In this document: positions 52,171 through 60,504 of the stretch, piece after piece
Layout of the letters: every line of letters starts with the position of its first letter
Numbering within the stretch: position 1 is the stretch's first letter
Origin: Candidatus Eiseniibacteriota bacterium
GTDB taxonomy: Bacteria; Eisenbacteria; RBG-16-71-46; CAIMUX01; VGJL01
Reading direction: 5' to 3'
NCBI GenBank assembly: GCA_963792585.1
Contig: CAWBWI010000001.1
Location: 1,504,001-1,568,000, forward strand
Length of the DNA: 64,000 bases
Made by a program: the position numbers and the translations under genes
Notes under the pieces: model-generated
Database searches by the model: none
Told to the model about the DNA's origin: nothing
What the model saw: only the letters and a program-made list of their open reading frames with translations

Positions 52171-53009
52171 CAGAGCGCCTCCCTCACCTTCTTGACCTCG
52201 CTGTAACAGAAGACCGGGCCCTCTTGGCAGACATAGATGCCGTTCATCTGGCAGTGACCACACTTGCCCAGGCCGCAGCGCATCCGCCGCTCGAGCGACA
52301 TGTAGATCCGGCTCTCCATGATCCCCCGCTGCAGCAGTTCGAGGACCGCGAACTTGTACATGACCGGCGGACCGACCACGACCGCCACGGTGTCGAGCGG
52401 GTCGACGTCGATCTTCTTGAACAGGGTCGTGATGACCCCGGAGTTTCCCTTCCAGGTCGCGTCGGGCGCATCGACCGTCTCGTGAAGCGTCATCCGGTCG
52501 TCGTCGGCCCACTGGGCGAGTTCCTTCGCATAGAGTCGGGAAGGGGGATTCTTGGTGCCATAGAGCGTGATCAGACTACGGAAGCTGGAGCGATTCTCCA
52601 GGCAATAGAGGATCAGCGACCGCAGCGGCGCGAGCCCGAGGCCGGCGCAAACGAAGACCACGTTCTTGCCCATGATCTTCTCGACGGGGAATCCGTTTCC
52701 GTAAGGACCGCGGATCCCCAGGACGTCGCCGGGCTTCATCTGGTGCATCACGCCCGTGAGCGATCCGACCTGACGCACGCATAGCTGGAAGGTGTTCTCG
52801 GGCGTCGGTGCGGAGGTGATGCTGATCGGCGCCTCACCGATCCCGGCGATGGAAACCTCGACGAACTGGCAGGGCTTGTGTCCAAGCGAGCGGTTCTCGA
52901 GGGCGATGTCGAACAGCTTCTCGTTCGCGGTGAGCTGCTCGACCTTCATGATCCGTCCCGGCTCCGGGACGAAGAGCGACTTGCGAGTTGCCGGAAGAGT
53001 CTCGATCAC
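52170..53009 (-). CDS. Group 3b hydrogenase gamma subunit (FAD/NAD(P)-binding, 2Fe-2S)
   Basis: GEAPIS, RGPYG, GLGLAPLRS, GPP.M, ERRMRCGLGKCGHC, CQEGPVF. Confidence 0.93.
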   Translation of the reverse strand: MIETLPATRKSLFVPEPGRIMKVEQLTANEKLFDIALENRSLGHKPCQFVEVSIAGIGEAPISITSAPTPENTFQLCVRQVGSLTGVMHQMKPGDVLGIRGPYGNGFPVEKIMGKNVVFVCAGLGLAPLRSLILYCLENRSSFRSLITLYGTKNPPSRLYAKELAQWADDDRMTLHETVDAPDATWKGNSGVITTLFKKIDVDPLDTVAVVVGPPVMYKFAVLELLQRGIMESRIYMSLERRMRCGLGKCGHCQMNGIYVCQEGPVFCYSEVKKVREAL

Positions 53010-53013
53010 GGCC

Positions 53014-54039
53014 TCACCCTCCCAACACCTGGTTGTACATATCCGTCAGGTGGATCGACGCGACGCACTGCGCCGAGCAGCGTCCGCAACCGACGCAGGC
53101 GCTGCGCCCGTACTTCTCGAACTGGAAGACCTCTTTCTTGAAGAGCCGATGCCGTTGCCGGTGGGCCGGCTTCCCGCGGAAGTTCTCTCCCCCCGCGACG
53201 ACGGCGAATTCCGGGCTCTGGCAACTGTCCCAGAGTCTGCAGCGATGCCCTTCGTTCAGATCGAAGGAGACCTCGTCCGTCGTGTCGAAGCAGTAGCAGG
53301 TCGGACAGACCATCGTGCAGGTCTCGCATGAAAGACAGCGGCGTCCGATCGCTTCCCAGAGCAGGTCGTCGTATGCTTCCTTGAGCGCACTCGGGAGGCG
53401 GTTGACCGGCCCTGTGAGACGCGGCTTGAAGCTCGCGGCCTGCATCTCGCGCATCTTGCCCAGGGCTTCCCGATCGGCAGGAGTCGCCGGCTTGAGACAG
53501 CCGAGGCCCTCGATCATCGCCTCCCCCGCCGCGGTGCGCGTGAAGATGAAGTAGCGGTCGCCCAGATCGACCAGCAGCAGGTCATAGCCCCACTCGACGC
53601 GGTAGGTCCCCTTGTCGAAGCAGAGGTTGTACGCCCCGCAAGGCCGGGCGCACTCCAGGGCGATGATCCGGGCGCCGGCCCGCCGTGCGAGGTAATTCGC
53701 ATCCTGCGGGCTGTCGGAGAAGATCTCGTCGAGGATGTTGATCCCCTGCACGTCGCACGGGTGTACGCCCAGAAGCACGAGCGGCTGGGCCTCCACGACC
53801 TCTTGCGTCGCCTTCACGTCGTCCCGCCGGAAGCGCACGAGGGCTTCGTGGTGAGGGAAGAGCTGGCGGGCGGGGGGCAGAACCGTTGTCGGATACTCGA
53901 GGGCGAGTTCCTCCGGATCGCGAATCTCGTCGAAGACATGCTGGGTGTCCTTGCGCTTGGGTCCGATCACGCGGCTCGTTTTCTGGAGCTCGCGGACGAG
54001 CGCAGGCAGATCCAGCTTGGAAAGCACGAGGGTCTTCAT
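53014..54039 (-). CDS. Group 3b hydrogenase beta subunit (4Fe-4S dicluster)
   Basis: GVHPCD, CLSCETCTMVCPTCYC, WDSC, CVGCGRC. Confidence 0.93.
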   Translation of the reverse strand: MKTLVLSKLDLPALVRELQKTSRVIGPKRKDTQHVFDEIRDPEELALEYPTTVLPPARQLFPHHEALVRFRRDDVKATQEVVEAQPLVLLGVHPCDVQGINILDEIFSDSPQDANYLARRAGARIIALECARPCGAYNLCFDKGTYRVEWGYDLLLVDLGDRYFIFTRTAAGEAMIEGLGCLKPATPADREALGKMREMQAASFKPRLTGPVNRLPSALKEAYDDLLWEAIGRRCLSCETCTMVCPTCYCFDTTDEVSFDLNEGHRCRLWDSCQSPEFAVVAGGENFRGKPAHRQRHRLFKKEVFQFEKYGRSACVGCGRCSAQCVASIHLTDMYNQVLGG

Positions 54040-54359
54040 GATTGCGAACGCCCCCCTTTCAAAGGCCGTGGCCCGCCAGAGGTTTCCTCCAGCGGGCCAC
54101 CCTCGGCTACCCCACCCCTCCCGATCCGGCCGCAAATCTTCCCGCGTCCTTATCGGATCTTGGGTTCGTTCCGGGAGAGCCCGCTCGGGGGACGGTGACC
54201 GACCGTCTCACCAACCACACACCACCCATCCAACGGCCGGACACTGTCCCCCGAGTTCTTGGCCCCCTGTGCGGACTCTCATCCACTCCACCGCCGCACC
54301 ACCCGAGTCCACAACTCCACCCATGCCCACCGGGCTCACCCAGAACCGTCTTCCTTGAT

Positions 54360-54376
54360 TGGCAAGGCTCATGCCA
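54360..54376 (-). promoter_or_regulatory. sigma54 promoter of the group 3b hydrogenase operon (quasi-palindromic)
   Basis: Minus strand TGGCATGAGCCTTGCC; the plus strand TGGCAAGGCTCATGCC also has GG-N10-GC. Confidence 0.65.
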
Positions 54377-54394
54377 AAGTGAACAACTTCACGA
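54377..54394. promoter_or_regulatory. Rex-like operator
   Basis: AAGTGAA-CAAC-TTCACGA versus TTGTGAA-N4-TTCACAA. Confidence 0.45.
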
Positions 54395-54747
54395 AATGAC
54401 TCTAAGCCAATATAATACCGCCTGTTACGCCTCTCATCGATGTCGGTGAAACTACCCGATTGGACGCATCATTGTAACGTTCCGCTGCAACTGTACCGGA
54501 CCGAAACAAGCGACTCCGTCCGGGTGTAAAAGTTCGACTTTTCCCGCCCCAATAGGCGTCAGGAGGGGACTTCACCGATCCGGCAGGGGATAGGGGTCGT
54601 TCGGAGCGGGAAAGTGCGGTGAAATTGCAGAAGATCTTGACACAGGTGGGGTCCCGCGCGCAGACTAGTGGCGCTCTTATAGCATCTATTGCGCTGTATA
54701 AGCAAAAATTCAGGATTCCGGACCTGGGACAGATTGCGGGGTCAGGA

Positions 54748-56604
54748 ATGGACGCGACGGCCGCTGCGTACGTGATCTGCGGTTCCTGTGGGTGTGGGTG
54801 CGGTTTCCATCTCGAGGGTGGGCGTGACGGACCGTCCGGCGTCGTTCCCAGCCCTGGCCACCCGGCCAGCTTCGGCAGGCTCTGCCGCCGGGGCTGGAAC
54901 TCCCTCCAGCCGTTGCGCGACCCGGCGCGGATTCGCGGGCCGCTCACGCGCGGGAAGGCCGGTCCCCAGTCCGCCTCATGGGCGACGGCGATCGCAGCGG
55001 TCGCGAGCGGCCTGCGCGACCGAAGTCCTCAGGAAACGGGGCTGATTCTCTCCCCCACCTCGTCCAACGAGGCCCTCTTCCTGGCATCGAAATTCGCCCG
55101 AACGATCCTCCGGACACCGAACATCGATTTTCCCGGCCGGCACGCCACGGCTCCCGTCCGCGTGCTCTCCTCGCGTCTCGGCGAAACACTCTGCACCTTG
55201 GAGGAGATCGAAGGCGCCGATCTGATCCTGGCCATCGGTCTGGGCGATGGAAGCCGAAGTCCCCAGGTGGTTCCCGTGATCTGGCGCGCGATCCGCCGAG
55301 GCATTCCCGTCATCGCGATCGACGGCTGGCAAACCGACCTCTTTTCCGAGGCCGCGGAAACCCTGACCCCCCGTCCACATACCGACTATGAATGGATCGA
55401 GGCGGTGGGAAGCGTCCTCACCCCGCATTTCGCGGGAGGCCGTAGCCCTGCGGACGCGGCCCGCGGCGCCGACATGCGACCCGAGTCGATCACGGCGATC
55501 GCGAATCGGATCGAGAAGGCAACGAGGATCGCCTTCGTAATCGACACAACCTCGCACGGGAGGCTGCAAGACGGCCGCAGCGTGCAGTCCTTCGCGGCCC
55601 TCCTCGTGCTTCTGCGGGGGTCGAAGGACTGGATCGGACTCCTGCCGATCTTCGAGAGATGCAATACGCTCGGCGCGCTCGATATGGGCGCGGCGCCCGG
55701 GGCGGGAACCGGCAAGGGACCGCGCGTCGGCTCGGGTCCGGGACTCGCGGATATGATCGAGTCGGCGGAGAAGGGCGACTTGAAGTCGATGCTCCTCGTC
55801 GGGGACCTCGATTCGTGGGGACTCATCGGCTCCGGTCGCATCCAGGCGGCCCTCGGGCGTCTCGAGTTTCTCGCGGTCGCGAGCGGCTTCCCGACGTGGG
55901 CGACCGAGATCGCCCATGTGGTGTTGCCGCGACCGATCGCCGGCGAGGTCGAGGGCAGCTACACGAGCACGGAGGGACGCGTGCAGGTCACTGCGCCGTA
56001 CGTGGCATCCTCCGCACCCCAGGAGTGGAGGATCTTCGCGGATCTCACGCGGGCGCTCGGCGGAGAAGGGTCCTACGGGTCGATCGCCGACGTGCGTGAG
56101 GAGATTGCGCGCACGATTCCCGAGTACGCTCCCCTGGCCGCGGGCGAATCGAGCTTCCTGCGGACATTCTGGGAGATCATCCCGGTTCCACTCGACGCCG
56201 CGATCGAGCCGGTCCCCGCCCTCCCGGTCGACGCGGACCATCCGTTCCTGCTGGCCGTGGAGCGGACCTATCTGCCATTCGCGAAGGACACGACCTTGCT
56301 GCACTCGCCGATCCTCCGGCGCGAGATGGCGATCCTCCCCGCGGAACCTCACGTCTTCATCCACCCCGAGGATGCCAAGGGCGCGGCGCTGCGGGAAGGC
56401 CACCGCGCGGTCCTGGAGTCGTCCCGGGGGCGGTGGAGCGCACGGGTTCTCCTTCGGGAGGATGTTCCGCTCCACAGGGTCATTCTCCCGGAGACATTTC
56501 ACGAGGATGCCGCCGGAGTGCTCGGCGTGCGTCCGCGGGATGCGCTGACGGGGGCGCCGCTCTATCCGGCCGTACCGATCTCCCTCGTCGCGGAACGCCG
56601 CTAG
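54748..56604 (+). CDS. Molybdopterin-oxidoreductase-fold (FdhF/NuoG-like) protein with [4Fe-4S] motif but no catalytic Cys/Sec
   Basis: ICGSCGCGC...LC; SNEA..KFAR; NIDFPGRHAT; E.EGSYT..EGRVQ; IHPEDA domain IV. Confidence 0.85.
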   Translation: MDATAAAYVICGSCGCGCGFHLEGGRDGPSGVVPSPGHPASFGRLCRRGWNSLQPLRDPARIRGPLTRGKAGPQSASWATAIAAVASGLRDRSPQETGLILSPTSSNEALFLASKFARTILRTPNIDFPGRHATAPVRVLSSRLGETLCTLEEIEGADLILAIGLGDGSRSPQVVPVIWRAIRRGIPVIAIDGWQTDLFSEAAETLTPRPHTDYEWIEAVGSVLTPHFAGGRSPADAARGADMRPESITAIANRIEKATRIAFVIDTTSHGRLQDGRSVQSFAALLVLLRGSKDWIGLLPIFERCNTLGALDMGAAPGAGTGKGPRVGSGPGLADMIESAEKGDLKSMLLVGDLDSWGLIGSGRIQAALGRLEFLAVASGFPTWATEIAHVVLPRPIAGEVEGSYTSTEGRVQVTAPYVASSAPQEWRIFADLTRALGGEGSYGSIADVREEIARTIPEYAPLAAGESSFLRTFWEIIPVPLDAAIEPVPALPVDADHPFLLAVERTYLPFAKDTTLLHSPILRREMAILPAEPHVFIHPEDAKGAALREGHRAVLESSRGRWSARVLLREDVPLHRVILPETFHEDAAGVLGVRPRDALTGAPLYPAVPISLVAERR

Positions 56605-56620
56605 GGAAGGGGTGCCGACG

Positions 56621-57667
56621 ATGCCAAATCACCCTGCCTGGAGACTGGACAAGAGCCGGATACCCGACTTCCTGGATCGGCTCGCCGTGCCGGTGGCGCT
56701 CCCGGTCGACATCGGCGGAGGGGAGATCAGCTATCGGATCCGCGCGGACGGGGCAGGGCCGGTCGAGGGCTACCGTAACAGCGCCATCTCCCCCGTCCGT
56801 CACGCCTATCCGCAGTCGCAGGTCCTGTGGCGGTACCGGCTCAAGCCCGAGCCCGAAGTGCAAAGCCCGCCGGCTCCCTTCGAGATGGCGATCTTTGGGG
56901 TCCGGTCATGCGACGTGAAGGCATTTCGGTATCTCGAGTCGTTCTTCGGGAGACCGCCGGCCGACACGCCGTTCGTCGAGGCCGCGTCCCGAATCCTGCT
57001 GGTAAGCGTCGCCTGCCACGAGCCGGGCGAGAACTGCTTCTGCGTCTGCTGCGACGCGGGTCCGTCGCTCGATGAATCTTTCGACATTCAGCTGACCGAC
57101 CTGGGCTCGTTCTATCGCATGGAGGCGGCGAGTCCGAAGGGAGCCGCCGCCGCGGAGCGCGTCGCATCCGCCCTGGAGCCTTCCCCGGTGGCCGATCGCG
57201 AAGAGGCGCGGGCACTGCGTGAGGCGACACTGGCCAAGTTCTCGATCACCTCGCACATGGCCACCGGCGTCCGCAAGACGACATCGCGCAAGGCGCCCGA
57301 GGAGATCTGGCGGCGGCTTGCCGCGCGCTGCATCGAGTGCGGCGGATGCGCCCTGGTCTGCCCGATGTGCACCTGCTTCGATGTCGCCGACCTGCGCGAG
57401 TCTCCCACGGAAGGCCGCAGGGAACGCACGCGGGACTGCTGCCAGTATTCCGGCTACTCACGGGAGGCGTCGGGTTTCAACCCGCGGCCCGACAAGGTTG
57501 CGCGATTCAAGAGACGCTTCAGCCACAAGCTCAGCTATTTCACCATGCTCGCCGAAGGGAGCCACGGCTGTGTCGGGTGCGGTCGCTGTGTCACCGCCTG
57601 TTTCGGCGGGGTCGACATGCCCGCGGTCGTCAATGCCTTGAGGACGGAGACGATTGTGACGGGCTGA
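56621..57667 (+). CDS. Sulfhydrogenase-beta/AsrA-like 4Fe-4S dicluster protein
   Basis: GVRSCD, CFC, CIECGGCALVCPMCTC, CVGCGRC. Confidence 0.9.
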   Translation: MPNHPAWRLDKSRIPDFLDRLAVPVALPVDIGGGEISYRIRADGAGPVEGYRNSAISPVRHAYPQSQVLWRYRLKPEPEVQSPPAPFEMAIFGVRSCDVKAFRYLESFFGRPPADTPFVEAASRILLVSVACHEPGENCFCVCCDAGPSLDESFDIQLTDLGSFYRMEAASPKGAAAAERVASALEPSPVADREEARALREATLAKFSITSHMATGVRKTTSRKAPEEIWRRLAARCIECGGCALVCPMCTCFDVADLRESPTEGRRERTRDCCQYSGYSREASGFNPRPDKVARFKRRFSHKLSYFTMLAEGSHGCVGCGRCVTACFGGVDMPAVVNALRTETIVTG

Positions 57668-57699
57668 CGGAAGTTGCATTTCGACGGGGGGAAAGAAGG

Positions 57700-58545
57700 A
57701 TGGCCGCAGACCTCTACGTCCCCGAACCGGCAAGAATCCTCGACGTCGTTGATGAGACCTCCGACGTCAAGACCTTCGCGCTCGACCTCGACGGGAACGG
57801 CGGAGGGGGGAGATTCCGGGCGCTTCCGGGTCAGTTCGTCGAGGTCTCCGTCGCCGGGTTCGGCGAGGTGCCGATCGGGATCGCCTCGTCCTACGATCGC
57901 GATGGCCGCTTCGACATCACCGTCCGCAAGGTGGGATGCGTCACCTCGGAGCTTCACCGGGCTCATCCGGGAGAAGTGATCGGGATCCGTGGTCCGCTCG
58001 GCAACTTCTTCCCATACTCCCTGGCCGAGGACCGGGAACCGATCTTCGTTGCGGGCGGCATCGGCCTTCCTCCCTTGCGATCCTTGATCCACTACATGCT
58101 CGCCCGGCCCAAGGAGTACCCGAAGATCACGATCCTCTACGGCGCGCGCACGCCGGCCGATCTCGTCTACAAAGAGGAGATCAAGCGCTGGCAGGCCGAC
58201 CCCAGGATCGATTTCCACGTGACGGTCGACATCGGGGACGATGCGTGGAGCGGCAAGGTCGGGCTGGTGACCGAGCTGTTCAACGGGATTCACCCCGACT
58301 ACCGGAATGCGATCGCCTTCGTCTGCGGTCCGCCGATCATGATCCACTACGTGATCCTGACCCTCCTGGACCTCGGCATGCCGCAGGAGATGATCATCTC
58401 GACGCTGGAGCGTCACATGAAGTGCGGCGTTGGAAAATGCGGCCATTGCGCGGTCGGTCACAAGTATGTCTGCACCGACGGGCCGGTGTTTTCCTACACC
58501 CAGATCAAGGAGCTTGAGTGGCAGAGCGGGGAGAATCCGACATGA
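57700..58545 (+). CDS. Sulfhydrogenase-gamma/AsrB-like FAD/NAD(P)-binding subunit
   Basis: PGQF, RGPLG, GGIGLPPLRS, CGPP.M, ERHMKCGVGKCGHC, CTDGPVF. Confidence 0.92.
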   Translation: MAADLYVPEPARILDVVDETSDVKTFALDLDGNGGGGRFRALPGQFVEVSVAGFGEVPIGIASSYDRDGRFDITVRKVGCVTSELHRAHPGEVIGIRGPLGNFFPYSLAEDREPIFVAGGIGLPPLRSLIHYMLARPKEYPKITILYGARTPADLVYKEEIKRWQADPRIDFHVTVDIGDDAWSGKVGLVTELFNGIHPDYRNAIAFVCGPPIMIHYVILTLLDLGMPQEMIISTLERHMKCGVGKCGHCAVGHKYVCTDGPVFSYTQIKELEWQSGENPT

Positions 58546-59012
58546 GTCGCGGTGTCGTAGTCGGGATCGGCAACGATCTGAGGTGCGACGACGGCGCCGG
58601 ACTGATCGCGGCCCGTGACCTCGCCGCCACCACAGGATCTCCCTTGATCCTCGCGGGCGAGGTCCCGGAGAACTATCTCGACGTGATTCGCGGGCATGCC
58701 CCGGAGTGGGTGCTGTTGGTCGATGCAACGGACTTCGGCGCGGACCCCGGCGAGACGGTGATCCTGCGGTTCGACGGAGGCAAGGCATCCGTCGCGGGGG
58801 CGCGATCTCCATCCACCCATCAACCCTCGTTGTCCATCCTGCGCCGTTACATCACGGAGGAGATGGGGGCGGAGGTCTGGCTCCTGGGGATCCAGCCACG
58901 GTGCGTCGACTTGGGTGCGCCGATGAGCGAGGAGGTGCGCGAGGCGATCCCGCGCGCCGTCCGAATCGGTTGCGACTGGATGCAATGGCGGTCGCTCATG
59001 ACGGAGGTGTGA
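58542..59012 (+). CDS. Hydrogenase maturation protease (HycI-like)
   Basis: GIGNDLRCDDGAG, PEN, VDA, STH, GIQP. Confidence 0.9.
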   Translation: MSRGVVVGIGNDLRCDDGAGLIAARDLAATTGSPLILAGEVPENYLDVIRGHAPEWVLLVDATDFGADPGETVILRFDGGKASVAGARSPSTHQPSLSILRRYITEEMGAEVWLLGIQPRCVDLGAPMSEEVREAIPRAVRIGCDWMQWRSLMTEV

Positions 59013-59016
59013 GGTC

Positions 59017-60489
59017 GTGGAAAACTCGACGACGGCCCTCTTCATCATCCCTCCCCTGCTCTGCGCGATCGGCGCGCTGCTCATCCCCTTCATGCGACGC
59101 GGAGCCCGTTGGCTTGCGACGGCGGCAGTCGGCGCGGCCGCCCTGGTCGGAATCGGACTGATTGCGTCCGTCTTTCCCCGGTCATCGTCCGTCGAGTGGA
59201 CGGCGATCCCGTGGCTTCCGGTCCCGGCCACGGTCGGCGTGCGGATCGATCCCCTGAGCACCCTGGTGCTCTTCATCGTCCTCCTGGTCGGCTTCCTCGT
59301 CGTTCTCTTTTCGACCGCATATGTGAGCCCGAAGAACCACGACCACCCGACGAAGCGCGGGCAGCGACGTTACTACTTCTGGCTGCTGCTCTTCATCGCG
59401 TCGATGATCGGAGTCGTGATCTCACCGAACCTCTTCCAGATGTTCATCTTCTGGGAGATGACGACCATCTGCTCATGGGCGCTGATCTCGTTCTACGACA
59501 CTCCGAAGTCCCTCGCCGCCGGATACAAGGCGCTCTTGATGACCCACATCGGGGGCCTCTTCCTGATGACCGGGATCGTGCTGCTGTACGTACGGACCCA
59601 CTCGTTCGCGTTCGAGGCGTTGAACGCACTCGCGCACCCCGCGCTCACATGGTTCTTCATCCTCGTCCTGGTGGGCGCCTGGGCGAAGGCCGCGCAGGGA
59701 CCCTTCTACACGTGGCTTCCCGACGCAATGGAGGCGCCGACCCCGGTGAGCGCCTACCTCCATGCCGCGGCGATGGTGAAGGCGGGCGTCTACCTGGTCG
59801 CCAGGCTGGTTCTCTCCTGCACCCCGGAAACGAGGCAGAGCCTCGCGCAGCACGGCGTGCCGACCCTGATGGCGATCGTCGCGCTGGCGACGATGTTCAT
59901 GGGGGTCTACCTCTTCTTCTTCCAGGACGAGTTGAAGAAGCTCCTGGCCCTATCGACGATCACCCACCTTTCCTACATGCTCGCGGGGAGCGCGCTGGGA
60001 CTCTGGGGGGCGTGGGGAAGTTTCCAGGGCGGGGTCCTCCACATCGCGGCGCACGCGGCCGGCAAGGCCCTCCTCTTCCTCTCGGTCGGCGCGCTGGCGT
60101 TCTTCTCCGGCAGCAAGAGAATTTCCGAGCTCTCGGGGGTCGGCGTCAAACTTCCCCTCGTTGCGATCGGTTTCTTCGTGGGGGCCTTCACGGTGACCGG
60201 TTTGCCGCCCTTCGGCGGGTTCTTCAGCAAGCTGCTGATCATCGGGGGGGCCTTCTCGCTGGGCGGCTTCGGCGCCGTGATCGGCGCGCTGCTCTTGATC
60301 GAGAGCGTCATCGCCTTCGCCTGGTTCCTCTGGGTAGGGCAGAAGGTCTTCTTCGGCCGTCTATCCCCCGTCGCGGCCACGATCGGCACCTCTTCCACCC
60401 CGATGGGGATCGCCCTGACCGTCCTGATCATCCTCTGCCTGATCGTGACGTTGATCGGCATGCCGATGGTCCAGCAACTCCGGCCCTAG
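59017..60489 (+). CDS. Antiporter-like membrane subunit (HyfD/NuoL-like)
   Basis: Many TM helices; FWE, KAAQ.PF..WLPDAMEAPTPVSAYLHAAAMVKAG, GLPPF..F.SK. Confidence 0.92.
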   Translation: MENSTTALFIIPPLLCAIGALLIPFMRRGARWLATAAVGAAALVGIGLIASVFPRSSSVEWTAIPWLPVPATVGVRIDPLSTLVLFIVLLVGFLVVLFSTAYVSPKNHDHPTKRGQRRYYFWLLLFIASMIGVVISPNLFQMFIFWEMTTICSWALISFYDTPKSLAAGYKALLMTHIGGLFLMTGIVLLYVRTHSFAFEALNALAHPALTWFFILVLVGAWAKAAQGPFYTWLPDAMEAPTPVSAYLHAAAMVKAGVYLVARLVLSCTPETRQSLAQHGVPTLMAIVALATMFMGVYLFFFQDELKKLLALSTITHLSYMLAGSALGLWGAWGSFQGGVLHIAAHAAGKALLFLSVGALAFFSGSKRISELSGVGVKLPLVAIGFFVGAFTVTGLPPFGGFFSKLLIIGGAFSLGGFGAVIGALLLIESVIAFAWFLWVGQKVFFGRLSPVAATIGTSSTPMGIALTVLIILCLIVTLIGMPMVQQLRP

Positions 60490-60504
60490 GGAGGCGCGAG
60501 AACG

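Noticed and set aside
54676..54702. CTTATA-N15-TATAAG as a NikR or ModE operator
   Set aside because: Arms do not match either consensus well enough; left unassigned
54748..56604. Selenocysteine formate dehydrogenase / classical formate hydrogenlyase
   Set aside because: No in-frame TGA and no Cys at the metal-ligand position; catalytic His and Arg are also missing
56621..58545. Anaerobic sulfite reductase asrAB
   Set aside because: No siroheme AsrC gene follows; the context is a hydrogenase operon
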